Assembly: GCA_964016885.1 (NCBI GenBank) | Contig: OZ024760.1 | Span: forward strand, 2,232,001 to 2,296,000 | Origin: Eledone cirrhosa | Lineage: Eukaryota | Direction: 5' to 3' | Length of the DNA: 64,000 nucleotides | Part shown: positions 1 through 14,278 of the stretch, piece by piece | Layout of the letters: every line of letters begins with the position of its first letter | Numbering within the stretch: the first letter of the stretch is position 1 | Program-made: the position numbers and the translations under genes | The notes under the pieces: generated by a model | The model's database searches: none | What the model was told of the DNA's origin: nothing | Seen by the model: only the letters and a program-made list of their open reading frames with translations

Positions 1-55
1 ATTTTTTCCAATACTGCTCCGCCCGTCCCTTCAATCTATCTAATTTCTCATTCTT

Positions 56-91
56 TCTTCTGATGAAGGACTAACATCTGAAACGTTAAGA
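56..91 (+). ncRNA. Minimal hammerhead motif in a short Penelope-type terminal-repeat element
   Basis: tctt-CTGATGA-aggactaacatct-GAAAC-GTT^aaga. A sister copy at about 20946-20981 has stem II ggac/gtcc but GAAA changed to AAAA. Confidence 0.55.
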
Positions 92-380
92 CCCTCTTCC
101 TGCTATTTCAAGCGTTAACCTAATATATTCCTTCCATATACTGTACTAACTGTGTTGTTATTTCTGTTTACCTTTTTTATATATATATGTATGTAAAAGT
201 AGTTTCAGAAGATCCTATTAAGGGTGAAAGCAGCGATTCTTTGATTAAATCTTAATCTGTTATTTTAATAAATATTTGCTCTATGTTTTTTTTAATATAT
301 TTTTTTATATATATTATCCTTATCGAGCCCTCTTCGGATTTTAGTGTTCACATTTATTTTTATTACTATATATATATATA

Positions 381-757
381 TCATCATTTCATTTTACGTC
401 CGCTTTTCCCCTGCTTGCAAGGGTGGGACGGGAACTGATTTTGGCTTGATTTCTACAGCTGGATGCCCTTCCTAACACCAACCTCATTTACAGTGAGTGC
501 TGGGTGCTTTTTTGCCGTGGCGCCTACACGTCCATTTTACAGTGTGGGCTGGGTGCTTTTTTACCGTGGCACCTCCATGACCACTTTGCAGTGGAATGAT
601 ACGGACCCTAGACCTATCATCTTATTTCTACAGCTGAGTAAACTGGAGCAATGTGAAATAAAGTGTCTTGCTCAAGGACACAACACATCACCCGGTCTGA
701 GAATTGAACTCACAACCTTTCGATTGTAAGGCCTATGCTCTAACCACTAAGCCACAT
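381..757 (-). mobile_element. tRNA-derived SINE (family 1)
   Basis: tRNA-like A/B-box head, central ccttgagcaagacacttta domain and (ATG)n tail. Many near-identical copies in the window. Confidence 0.9.
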
Positions 758-1554
758 ATATATATACATATATATATACATATATATATACATATATATA
801 CTATATATATATAGTGTTGTAGAAAATAAGTTGCTTATACGTGGTTGTTATGTTGTAACTTCTTGAAGATAAACTGGTCCGAGCGATCCAAAAGTACTTC
901 ACGTCAGTAGTTTATCCCTCCTAAGAGTTGGTGATTAGGAGTGACAGAGTATTCATATATGTATGTATATTATATAAAAACCACAGACCCTCCATCTCAA
1001 CTCTACTTTTGAAAAGCAGAAGAACTGCGAAACCGGTAAAGGAACCAAATAAATATATATATTTAAAAAAAAAAAATAAGACTCCAGTTGCATTTTAGAT
1101 TTTATCTTTTTTTCTTTATACTTTCACTCATGTAGGACACCTCGGTTATTTTTCATTTTGTAAAAAAACCTCACTTTCTTATACATATATATATATATAT
1201 AAAGTCTAAAGACTGTCTTAAGCCAGAAGGCTAGTTCTGGGTAATTGCTGGCCTTGTGCCAAAAAGTAGAAACAATTATATTTTTTATACAACTGTAAAT
1301 AAAACCATTACAATATTTTACACCTAAAATATATTTAAAGATCTCATCAGAAGATTAATAAGTTAATGTGAGAGAAAGGTCCATGGAGCAGAATATGTTA
1401 TTATTGTAACAACTACATCTCTATACTGATTGTAACACAAACAGAAGTATTTTTATATCAGCAGACACCCAAATTCCCGATACCTCTGTATAATAGTATG
1501 CTTAATAGATGACAAAGATAGTAACACATCTATATTATGTACATATATTATATA

Positions 1555-3023
1555 CATAGCAACAACTCTACACTACAGATGTAGCAACAGCTCTATACTA
1601 TAGACATAGCAACAGTTCTATACTACAGACATAGCAACAGTTCTATACTACAGACATAGCAACAGCTCTATACTATAGACATAGCAACAGCTCTATACTA
1701 TAGACATAACAACAGTTCTATACTACAGACATAGCAACAGCTCTATACTATAGACATAGCAACAGCTCTATACTACAGACATAGCAACAGCTCTATACTA
1801 CAGACATAGCAACAGCTTTATACTATAGACATAGCAACAGTTCTATACTACAGACATAACAATTGTTCTACACTACAGATATAGCAACAGCTCTATACTA
1901 TAGACATAGCAACAGTTCTATACTACAAACATAACAACCAACAGTTCTACACTACAGACATAGCAACAGCTCTATACTATAGACATAACAACAGCTCTAT
2001 ACTATAGACATAACAACAGTTCTACACTACAGACATAGCAACAGCTCTATACTATAGACATAGCGACAGTTCTATACTACAGACATAACAACAGTTCTAC
2101 ACTACAGACATAGCAACAGCTCTATACTATAGACATAACAACAGCTCTACACTACAGACATAGCAACAGTTCTATACTATAGACATAACAACAGCTCTAT
2201 ACTATAGACATAACAACAGTTCTACACTACAGACATAGCAACAGCTCTATACTATAGACATAGTGACAGTTCTATACTACAGACATAACAACAGTTCTAC
2301 ACTACAGACATAGCAACAGCTCTATACTATAGACATAACAACAGCTCTATACTATAGACATAGCAACAGCTCTATACTACAGACATAGCATCAGCTCTAT
2401 ACTACAGACATAACAACAGTTCTACACTACAGACATAGCAACAGTTCTATACTATAGACATAACAACAGCTCTATACTATAGACATAACAACAGCTCTAT
2501 ACTATAGACATAACAACAGCTCTATACTATAGACATAGCAACAGTTCTATACTACAGACATAACAACAGTTCTACACTACAGACATAGCAACAGTTCTAT
2601 ACTACAGACATAGCAACAGCTCTATACTATAGACATAGCAACAGTTCTATACTACAGACATAACAACAGCTCTACACTACAGACATAGCAACAGCTCTAT
2701 ACTATAGACATAGCAACTGTTCTATACTACAAACATAACAACAGCTCTACACTACAGACATAGCAACAGCTCTATACTATAGACATAGCAACAGTTCTAT
2801 ACTACAGACATAACAACAGCTCTACTCTACAGACATAGCAACAGCACTATACTATAGACATAGCAACAGTTGTATACTACAGACATAACAACAGCTTTAC
2901 ACTACAGACATAGCAACAGCTCTATACTTTAGACATAACAACAGTTCTATATTATATATAGCAACACCACTATACTATGTAGCAACAACACTATACTATG
3001 TAGCAACACCACTATACTATGTA
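1555..3023. repeat. 25-bp minisatellite (about 56 copies)
   Basis: Unit agacatagcaacagctctatactat with recurring variants. Confidence 0.95.
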
Positions 3024-3038
3024 ATATATGCATGTATA

Positions 3039-3089
<51 letters not shown>

Positions 3090-3685
3090 ATAAATACACA
3101 TACACACATATATATATATATATAGGCACGTATACATACACACACATACAAAATGTACAGCCCCCCCCCCACCATTACAAGCCATAAAATAAGAGATATT
3201 GTAATATCTGTACCTCATATATGTCTTCTATTAACTCAATTGTTTAGTTTGAGTCGACAATATATTTCTAGAAGTTGACATTAAATACCTTATATTCTGT
3301 GTTATATAAACTCTAACATGTCTATACACACATATGTATGTATATATATATATATGTGTGTGTGTGTGTATATGTAAATATATATATAGATATAGACATA
3401 CATAAGCAAGCACATGCATGTATTGATATATCAAACACATTACTTGCTGCCAAATACATAAATGCACACACATGTGCACCCCCCCCCCCCCCACACACAC
3501 CCATATATATATATATATATATACATACTGAGCAGAAAACTGTTCAGATGTAGGTGTGTGTATATGTAAGTGTATGTGTAAGTATATATATGTCTGTATG
3601 TGTATATCTCTCTCTATATATATATAGAGAGAAGTAGTTCCACAACAGTTAGCTCATAATTTCTGAGAACAATTGTTTCACCTTA

Positions 3686-5717
3686 TTGTTACCTAGCATC
3701 CCTCCTTGCCAATATATTGTTACCTAGCTTCCCTCCTTACAAAGTATACTTGTTTCCTAGCTTCCCTCCTTGCAAATATATTGTTACCTAGCTTCCCTCC
3801 TTACAAAGTATACTTGTTTCCTAGCTTCCCTCCTTGCCAATATATTGTTACCTAGCTTCCCTCCTTACAAAGTATACTTGTTTCCTAGCTTCCCTCCTTG
3901 CCAATATATTGTTACCTAGCTTCCCTCCTTACAAAGTATACTTGTTTCCTAGCTTCCCTCCTTGCCAATATATTGTTACCTAGCTTCCCTCCTTACAAAG
4001 TATACTTGTTTCCTAGCTTCCCTCCTTGCCAATATATTGTTACCTAGCTTCCCTCCTTACAAAGTATACTTGTTTCCTAGCTTCCCTCCTTGCCAATATA
4101 TTGTTACCTAGCTTCCCTCCTTACAAAGTATACTTGTTTCCTAGTTTCCCTCCTTACAAAGTATACTTGTTTCCTAGCTTCCCTTCTTACAAAGTATACT
4201 TGTTTCCTAGCTTCCCTCCTTGCCAATATACTTGTTTCCTAGCTTCCCTCCTTACAAAGTATACTTGTTTCCTAGTTTCCCTCCTTACAAAGTATACTTG
4301 TTTCCTAGCTTCCCTCCTTACAAAGTATACTTGTTTCCTAGCTTCCCTCCTTGCCAATATACTTGTTTCCTAGCTTCCCTCCTTACAAAGTATACTTGTT
4401 TCCTAGCTGCCCTCCTTACAAAGTATACTTGTTTCCTAGCTTCCCTCCTTACAAAGTATACTTGTTTCCTAGCTTCCCTCCTTGCCAATATACTTGTTAC
4501 CTAGCTTCCTTCCTTACAAAGTATACTTGTTTCCTAGCTTCCCTCCTTACAAAGTATACTTGTTTCCTAGCTTCCCTCCTTGCCAATATACTTGTTTCCT
4601 AGCTTCCCTCCTTACAAAGTATACTTATTTCCTAGCTTCCCTCCTTACAAAGTATACTTGTTTCCTAGCTTCCCTTCTTACAAAGTATACTTGTTACCTA
4701 GCTTCCTCCTTACAAAGTATACTTGTTTCCTAGCTTCCCTCCTTACAAAGTATACTTGTTTCCTAGCTTCCCTCCTTACAAAGTATACTTGTTTCCTAGC
4801 TTCCCTCCTTGCCAATATACTTGTTTCCTAGCTTCCCTCCTTACAAAGTATACTTATTTCCTAGCTTCCCTCCTTACAAAGTATACTTGTTTCCTAGCTT
4901 CCCTTCTTACAAAGTATACTTGTTACCTAGCTTCCCTCCTTACAAAGTATACTTGTTTCCTAGCTTCCCTCCTTACAAAGTATACTTGTTTCCTAGCTTC
5001 CCTCCTTGCCAATATACTTGTTACCTAGCTTCCCTCCTTACAAAGTATACTTGTTTCCTAGCTTCCCTCCTTACAAAGTATACTTGTTTCCTAGCTTCCC
5101 TCCTTGCCAATATACTTGTTTCCTAGCTTCCCTCCTTACAAAGTATACTTGTTTCCTAGCTTCCCTCCTTATAAAGTATACTTGTTTCCTAGCTTCCCTC
5201 CTTGCCAATATACTTGTTACCTAGCTTCCCTCCTTACAAAGTATACTTGTTTCCTAGCTTCCCTCCTTGCCAATATACTTGTTTCCTAGCTTCCCTCCTT
5301 ACAAAGTATACTTGTTTCCTAGCTTCCCTCCTTGCCAATATACTTGTTTCCTAGCTTCCCTCCTTACAAAGTATACTTGTTACCTAGCTTCCCTCCTTAC
5401 AAAGTATACTTGTTTCCTAGCTTCCCTCCTTACAAAGTATACTTGTTTCCTAGCTTCCCTCCTTACAAAGTATACTTGTTTTCTAGCTTCCCTCCTTACA
5501 AAGTATACTTGTTTCCTAGCTTCCCTCCTTACAAAGTATACTTGTTTCCTAGCTTCCCTCCTTATGAAGTATACTTGTTTCCTAGCTTCCCTCCTTACAA
5601 AGTATACTTGTTTCCTAGCTTCCCTCCTTACAAAGTATAATTGTTTCCTAGCTTCCCTCCTTACAAAGTATACTTGTTACCCAGCTTCCCTCCTTACAAA
5701 GTATACTTGTTACCTAG
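3686..5717. repeat. 31-33-bp minisatellite (about 62 units) derived from the adjacent LINE ORF2
   Basis: Unit cttgtttcctagcttccctccttacaaagtata; the reverse strand reads RREARKQVY. A 64-bp dimer on the left, then 98-bp and longer higher-order periods. Confidence 0.92.
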
Positions 5718-6080
5718 TTTTCCTCATGACCTCTATGTAGTGTACTCTGCTTCCCCGGTTCTTCCTTTTTTTTCCATGCCTGTCTTTTGGCCTTAATTGC
5801 CTCATCCACCTTATTGTTCCACCACCAAGTCACTCTCCTTCTCTCTGTAGCCCTGCTCCATCCACAGATCTCATCTGTTGCCTTCAGTAGATTATCTTTT
5901 AGGAACTACCAATACTCTTCTATATTTAATGTCTCTATCTGTTCCTCTTTACTGTCGTAAGTGCTAAGCAAAATATCTCTAGATTAAATTTATTTCTAGC
6001 TGAGGGCTCTTTCAATTTCCATATCCTTCTCCTTCAGGCTGCTCTCTGTCTCCAAGTTCATCTAGCTCTGACAACACACA
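5718..6080 (-). mobile_element. RTE-type LINE ORF2 fragment
   Basis: LLKATDEICGWSR...RVTWWWNNKVDEAIKAKRQAWK on the minus strand. Confidence 0.85.
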
Positions 6081-6192
6081 TATCCTTACACACACACACA
6101 CACATATATGTATATACACACACACACACACACACATTCATATATGTATACACACACACATGCACACATATATATGTATACACACACATTCA

Positions 6193-6237
<45 letters not shown>

Positions 6238-6247
6238 ACACGCACAT

Positions 6248-6294
<47 letters not shown>

Positions 6295-6371
6295 CACACA
6301 CATGCACACATACACACACACATGCACACACACACACACACACACATGCACACACACACACATATATATGT

Positions 6372-6412
<41 letters not shown>

Positions 6413-6438
6413 CACACACATGCACACATACACACACA

Positions 6439-6491
<53 letters not shown>

Positions 6492-7579
6492 ATTTTTCTT
6501 TTGGCACAAGGCCAGCAATTATCCCAGTGTATTACTGGTACTTTATTTTATTGACTCCATAAGGATGAAAGGCAAAGTTAACCTTGGTGGGATTTGAACT
6601 GAGACCACAAAGGGATGTAACTCTATGCTGGAAAGCATGGTATCCAACCTTCTACACATACTGCCAATCCACCCTGTGATATATATATTGCTATCAGATG
6701 ATAGCCAATGTAAGAAGAGACATACTGCTGAATATGAATTAGGACCTTATATACAAAGGATGGATGGTCATGGTTGGTTGTATTTTATCATAGGCCTGCT
6801 TAATTAGGGTTGACCAAGAGCTAAAAAAACAGCAACTATATATATTTCCAATCTGAGTGGTAAGTGTGTTGAACTTAGAATCATAAAGTTGTGAGTTCAA
6901 TTCCTGGACTGGGTTGTGAGTTGTGTTCTTAAGCAAAACACTTCATTTCACATTACTCCAGTATAATCAACTGAAAATTAGTGCCAGCAATAGCTGGCAG
7001 GTTTAAGCCTGTGGTGGACTGGTGAGATGTCCAGTGGGGAAGCCTAGTGTGGCTAAATGGTATGTGTGTTGGACTTAAAATCATAATGTTGTGGGTTTGA
7101 TTCCTGGACTCAGCTGAAAATGAGTACCAGCAATGGCTGGGCGTTCAACCCTGTGATTGACTGGTGTCCTGTTCAAGGGAGTGTACTGCACTCTCAGTCA
7201 CTTCATGGCATGAAAACTGGCATAAGCACTCACCTGAATAACCTACGGGGTTGAGACAGACTCTACACATTTTTAGAAAGAAGAATCCTTTCCATCTATA
7301 ATTCTCAATCATTCTTGTCATTTCCCTCCTTACTCTTCTGACACACAAAATAATCTCTCTCTATATTTATATCAAAGCACTTTTTTTTTTTACATCCACT
7401 TTTCCCAGCCTGTAAATTTCTTTAAGATAGCCAGTTAGCACATGTATAAAACTCACATGCACCCATTTGAAATGTCAATATTGCAATATTTTCATCCTTA
7501 TCTCACTTCACAGAGTTTATCTAGGGGAAACTTTATCTAAAAATATTAAGATCAACTGGTTAGCATTTATATATGTTTG

Positions 7580-7610
<31 letters not shown>

Positions 7611-7685
7611 GCTAGCATGGAAGATAGCCATTAAACGATGATGATATACTACACACACATTCACTTTTCATATATTTTTGTGTGC

Positions 7686-7722
<37 letters not shown>

Positions 7723-8639
7723 CACACACATATCTGTATATATATATATATATATTACATACACACAATATATACTATATATATATTTTTTTGTGTGTGT
7801 GTATATATAAATACATATATATATATACTATATATTTATATATATATATATTACACTCACACAATATATACTTTACATATATTTTTGTGAGTGTGTGTAT
7901 ATATATATATATATATACATATATACACACACACATACACGCACACACACATACACACACACACATACACACACACACATATATATATATATATAATATA
8001 TTTAATGTATATTTACAGCACAAACACCTTTTCTTTTCAACGATATTCTACATTAAAACTACTCAAATAAAAACACATGTTAATCGTTTGATAAGAGTCA
8101 ACCATATTTATAATGTATTTAGTTTGGGAATCACATTGAAAGACAAGGTATTTGGATATTTAGATTTAAAAAGCAGGTATGTCAATATTGGCAGCTACTT
8201 TAATCTATTTTTATCTATGTTTATAATAGTGAAGTATCATGGCTTCTTAGTGGTTAGAGCATTGGGCTTTTGCAATTGAAAGGTTGTGAGTTCAATTCTT
8301 GGACCGGTTGATGTGTTGTTTCCTTGTGCAAGACACTTTATTTCCCGTTGCTCCAGTGTACTCAGCTGTAGAAATAAGATGATAGGGACTGGGGTCTCTA
8401 TCATTAAATTACCAATTACCAAAGACACTTCCAACGAGATATACCTTGCAGGAGGCCAGCTAAACCTGCATAATAATTGTTTCTACTTTTGGCACAAGGC
8501 CAGCAATTATCACAAGGTCAGCAATTATCCCAGTACATTACTGGTACTTTATTTTATCGACCCCCGTAAGGATGAAAGGGAAAGTTAACCTTGGTGGGAT
8601 TTGAACTCAGAACGTAAAGAGCCATAACTCAATTCTTCA

Positions 8640-8885
8640 GAGAAGAAGAAGAAGAAGAAGAGGAGGAGGTAGAGGAGAAGAAGAAGGAGAAGGCAAAGAC
8701 GAAAAAGAAGAATGCAAAGAATGCAAAGAATGCAAAGAAGAATGCGAAGAAGAAGAAGAAGAAGAAGAAGAAGAAGAAGAAGAAGAAGAAGAAGAAGAAG
8801 AAGAAGAAGAAGAAGAAGAAGAAGAAGAAGAAGAAGAAGAAGAAGAAGAATGCAAAGAAGAATGCAAAGAAGAAGAAGAAGAAGA
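8640..8885. repeat. (GAA)n microsatellite
   Basis: Long pure gaa run. Confidence 0.95.
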
Positions 8886-9055
8886 CTAATAGTGAGAATG
8901 TAACAATACAGAAGCAGAAGCTGAGTGCATGTTATATAATTTTATAAATAAGCAGGAATTAGCAATGGCAGCACTACAGGAAGCCAACAATATTTATAGC
9001 AATAATTAACGCTGTGGTGTCAGTGAGAGCAATAAAAGGAATTAGAAGAGTTTAA

Positions 9056-10099
9056 CCCTTTAGCATTTAAACCAGCCATAACCAGCCAGAATTCTCTCAC
9101 CTCTTTATGTTCAAACCAGCTGTAACTAGCCACGCATACTTATCTTAACCTTTAGCATTTAAACCAGCCATATCCAGCCAGAATTCTCTCACCTCTTTAT
9201 GTTCAAACCAGCTGTAACTAGCCACGCATACTTATCTTAACCTTTAGCATTTAAACCAGCCATATCCGGCCAGAATTCTCTCATCTCTTTATGTTCAAAC
9301 CAGCTGTAACTAGCCACTCATACTTATCTTAACCTTTAGCATTTAAACCAGCCATATCCGGCCAGAATTCTCTCATCTCTTTATGTTCAAACCAGCTGTA
9401 ACTAGCCACTCATACTTATCTTAACCTTTAGCATTTAAACCAGCCATATCCGGCCAGAATTCTCTCACCTCTTTATGTTCAAACCAGCTGTAACTAGCCA
9501 CTCATACTTATCTTAACCTTTAGCATTTAAACCAGCCATATCCGGCCAGAATTCTCTCACCTCTTTATGTTCAAACCAGCTGTAACTAGCCACTCATACT
9601 TATCTTAACCTTTAGCATTTAAACCAGCCATATCCGGCCAGAATTCTCTCATCTCTTTATGTTCAAACCAGCTGTAACTAGCCACTCATACTTATCTTAA
9701 CCTTTAGCATTTAAACCAGCCATATCCGGCCAGAATTCTCTCATCTCTTTATGTTCAAACCAGCTGTAACTAGCCACTCATACTTATCTTAACCTTTAGC
9801 ATTTAAACCAGCCATATCCGGTCAGAATTCTCTCACCTCTTTATGTTCAAACCAGCTGTAACTAGCCACTCATACTTATCTTAACCTTTTAGCATTTAAA
9901 CTGGCCATATCTGGCCAGAATTCTCTCACCTCTTTCTGTTCATACTGGCTATAACTGGCCACTCATACTTATGTTAAGGTATTGTTCTCAAAATAAATAA
10001 TATCAAAATCTCATAGATTGATATTATGTGAGATAATTAAGTGAGGTAAAGTGTTTACCAAGAAAATATAATAGTATATATAGAGTAATGTAAATAGGG
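9056..10099. repeat. piggyBac-like MITE whose terminal 92 bp is tandemly amplified about 10 times
   Basis: Period 92 (9147, 9239...). Each unit begins TTAACCTTTAGCATTT. Element closes ...GGG|TTAA at 10099-10103. Confidence 0.9.
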
Positions 10100-10599
10100 T
10101 TAAATAGAAAACCCTTTAAAATGGGTGGTTTTGTTTCATAGAACCAGAGGTGGTTTTGGGCAGGCTGGTATTAAAAGGGTTTTACCAGACCTGCAGTTTT
10201 ACATATTTTCTGCTAAATCAACATGCATCAAGGCCACTACAACTACCATCATTATCACTACCACTGTCTTCATTATCCAGCCAGAATTCTCTCATCTCTT
10301 TATGTTCAAGCCAGCTGTAACCTGCCACTCATACTAATGTTAAGGTGTTATTCTCAAAATAAATAATATCAAAATCTCATAGATTCGATATTATGTGAGA
10401 TAACCATATAAGGTAAAGCCTTTACCACAAAAATACGGGTTGTCTCCGATGGTAGGAGGGATCATAGCATCCCACTGGTCAGCTACCACCTGCCTTAAGC
10501 TGGGCAGCCCACAGCCAGTAAGGTGCTGGGCAGCCCACAGCCAGTAAGGTGCTGACCCGTCACAGTCTGCCTGCTTCAATTGGGTGCTTGGAGCTCAGA

Positions 10600-11215
10600 G
10601 AAAACACTGAAGTGCAGAATGTCTTAGCATGGGAAGGAACACCCAGCATGTTTGCCCTGCTCACAAAGAGATGCTTGCGTTGGCTTGGCTATGTTAGTTG
10701 CATGCAGGATGACAGAATACCCAAAGACATTTTGTATGGTGAAATTACCACTGGTTCCAGACCTACAGGGAGGCCCACACTCTGCTATAAAAACATGTGC
10801 AAGCGGGACCTTAAGGCAGGTGGTATTGCACCAGCAGGCTTTGAAGCGGTGGCAACTGATCGCAGCAACTGACTGCAGCAGCTGATTGCAGCAGCTGACC
10901 ACAGCAGCTGACCGCAGCAGCTGAGCGTAACAACTGACCGCAGCAACTGACCACAGCAGCTGGCAACTTGCCATCAAGTCGGCCATTAAGACATTAGAGA
11001 GGAGCAGTGGGAAGAAAGAAGAGCACACAGACATCAGAGAGCGGAGTCAGCTCCCTTGGACAACACCGTCTTCACATGCAGCAACAGCAACAGCCCCTAC
11101 CATTCAAGGATCGGGCTCTACAGCCACAGTCAACACTGCAGTTCCACCAAAGACTGACCCCCATGGCACAATCTCCATTGTCTCCCAAGACAGATGGAGG
11201 CCAGAGAAATATAGA
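10600..11215 (+). mobile_element. RTE-type LINE 3' fragment
   Basis: LRWLGYVSCMQDDRIPKDILYGEITTGSRPTGRP...KRDLK, with an internal 13-bp gcagcaactgacc tandem. Confidence 0.85.
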
Positions 11216-11399
11216 GTAATATAAAAGCTGAAGGGTTAAAGGCACCCACCCCACCATAAAAAAGGTAACTAACTATAGCAATAGTTCTCTGAAACCCAGG
11301 TAACATTCACTCCCTTGTATTGACACCACCATCGCCATGACTACCGACATAATTTAGCCAAACTAAGAAAAGCGTCAAAATATAAGTTTGAAAGCAGAG

Positions 11400-12155
11400 A
11401 CATAGTTTGGTATATTGATATATCATGTGATATATACACTGTACACTATAGTTGGTTATATTGATATATCATTTGATATATATACACAATATATACTATA
11501 GTTGGGTATATTGGTATATCATGTGTTATATATAAAATATATACTATAGTTGGATATATTGATATTTCAATTGATATATATATACACAATATACACCATA
11601 GTTGAATATATTGGTATTTCAATTGATATATATATATATATATACACAATATACACTATAGCTGGATATATTGGTATTTCAATTGATATATATATATATA
11701 TATACACAATATACACTATAGCTGGATATATTGGTATTTCAATTGATATATATATATATATATACACAATATACACCATAGTTGAATATATTGGTATTTC
11801 AATTGATATATATATATATATATACACAATGTACACTATAGCTGGATATATTGGTATTTCAATTGATATATATATATATACACAATATACACTATAGCTG
11901 GATATATTGGTATTTCAATTGATATATATATATATACACAATATACACTATAGCTGGATATATTGGTATTTCAATTGATATATATATATATATATATACA
12001 CAATATACACCATAGTTGAATATATTGGTATTTCAATTGATATATATATATATACACAATATACACTATAGCTGGATATATTGGTATTTCAATTGATATA
12101 TATATATATATATATACACAATATATACCATAGTTGAATATATTGGTATTTCAAT

Positions 12156-12190
<35 letters not shown>

Positions 12191-12225
12191 ATATACACTA
12201 TAGCTGGATATATTGGTATTTCAAT

Positions 12226-12266
<41 letters not shown>

Positions 12267-12301
12267 ATATACACTATAGCTGGATATATTGGTATTTCAA
12301 T

Positions 12302-12336
<35 letters not shown>

Positions 12337-12415
12337 ATATACACTATAGCTGGATATATTGGTATTTCAATTGATATATATACACAATATACACTACAGT
12401 TGGATATATTAGTAT
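11400..12415. repeat. About 55-80-bp satellite with an embedded variable (TA)n
   Basis: Unit cacaatatacactatagctggatatattggtatttcaattga(TA)n. Confidence 0.92.
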
Positions 12416-12696
12416 TTTCATTACATTATTCTTTCTGAGTTTAAATTCATTATTTCTTGATTTCCATTCCTCTCCAATTCCTTCCTTGAAATCCCTTGAA
12501 ATCCCTTGAAATCCCTTCTCTGGAAGGCACAGTTCTCCTGTTTGAAAATCACTAAAAACTATACTGAAAAAAAAAAAAAAACTCAACAAAACAAAACAAA
12601 AAAACCCCACACAAACAAAAAGACACACAGACAACAACAACAACAAAAATCCACACAGGGACAAAAACCACACACAATAATTTTAAATGTATATAC

Positions 12697-12781
12697 CCTG
12701 TGTTAAATATACTGTTGCCACATCTAACTTGAAACTGCCGACAATGGTACCAAAGTGAAGTAATTTACGTGAATGTAAAAC
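12697..12781 (-). CDS. OTOF: Otoferlin C2B exon, 85 bp, phase 0 to 1
   Basis: cacttag|GTTTTACAT...ACACAGG|gtatat. Encodes VLHSRKLLHFGTIVGSFKLDVATVYLTQ (otoferlin [28 protein letters not shown]). Confidence 0.93.
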
Positions 12782-12889
12782 CTAAGTGGGACGAATGAAA
12801 GAATAAAAAACAAATACAAATGAAAAGAAAAACATAAAACAACAGTAAAATAAAAGAAAAAAAAAAAATAAAGTAAAACTAACAGTAAA

Positions 12890-13670
12890 AAAGTAAACAA
12901 TAATAACATCATAACAATGTCAACAATGTGAAAAATAATGTCAACAACGATATCAATAACAACATAGACAACAACAACAGTGTCAACAACAGTGTCAACA
13001 ACAGTGTCAACAACAACAACAGTGTCAACAACAGTGTCAACAACAACAACAGTGTCAACAACAACAACAGTGTCAACAACAGAGTCAACAACAACACCAA
13101 CAGTGTCAACAACAGTCAACAACAACAACAACAACAACAGTGTCAACAACAACAACAACAACAACAGAGTCAACAACAACAACAACAACAACAACAGTGT
13201 CAACAACAACAGTGTCAACAACATTAACAACAACAACAGAGTCAACAACAACAACAACAATCTCAACAACAATATCAATAACCTCATAGATAACAACAAC
13301 AATGTCAACAACAGTATCAATAACAATATAAACAACAACATAATCAATGACAACAACAACAACAACAACAATAACAACAACAACGACGATGGTATAAACA
13401 GCAAAGTCAATGACAACAACAACATCAACAAGAGTGACATAAATAACATTAACATAAACAACAACAATATCAACAATGTCAACAACAGCGTCAACAACAA
13501 CGTCAACAACAATAAATAACATTAACATCAACAACAACAACAATAATAATAATGTCAACATAAACACCAAAGTCAACAACAACAACATCAACAAGAACAA
13601 AATTAATGACAAGAATAACTTCAACTATATTTACATCAACAAAAAGTTTGACAACAATAACAACAAGGTG
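12890..13670. repeat. (AAC)n-rich degenerate microsatellite
   Basis: aacaacaac / agtgtcaac motifs. Confidence 0.9.
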
Positions 13671-14278
13671 AATCTGAAATTAAATATGGAGAGGTGGAGA
13701 TTAGTGGTTGACCTCTTCTGTGCCATAGATGAGATAACTCGTCCTAACATGTACGCATTCCAGTGCCACGGATGAGATAATTCATCCTAAAATGTTTGAA
13801 CTCGTTTCCAACAGTTCATAACTTCAAAAATATATAAAGACAGTTCATAACCACACACATATATAAAGACAGAAACATACACACAGGGACATAAACACAC
13901 ACACACAGGGACATAAGCACACACACACACAGGGACATAACCACACACACATAGGGACATAACCGCACACACACATATAAAGATATAAACACACACACAG
14001 GGACATAACCACACACACACACATAGGGACATAACCATACACATATATAAAGACACAAACACACAGAGGGACATAACCACACACACATACATATAAAGGC
14101 ACAAAAAAACACACACACGGACATAAACACTCACACACATAAGACACAAACACGCATGCATATAATTTCACATACACACACAAATATACTTTCAAGATGA
14201 AGTAAGGAATAAACACAAAAAATATCTTTTAATATGTTGCACCTATATTAATTCGATATCATATATATATATATATAT

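Noticed and set aside
463-729. Recurrent ORF MPFLTPTSFTVSAGCFF...
   Set aside because: Antisense translation of SINE family 1, recurring at every copy.
1000-1045. Hammerhead-like remnants (ttgaaaa-gcag/ctgc-GAAACCGGTA; also near 865, 19325 and 62835)
   Set aside because: Core nucleotides are mutated. They are probably decayed members of the same class and are not called as ribozymes.
4026-5740. Series of repetitive ORFs (YLFPSFPPYKV)
   Set aside because: Antisense translation of a LINE-derived minisatellite.
1-12696. Next otoferlin exon (HQFxHKWAxL...)
   Set aside because: I could not find it by eye, so it probably lies beyond the left edge. A small missed exon cannot be excluded.
12724-13775. 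Asn/Thr/Leu-rich ORFs
   Set aside because: (AAC)n microsatellite in an intron with no domain similarity. The real exon is 12697-12781 in another frame.
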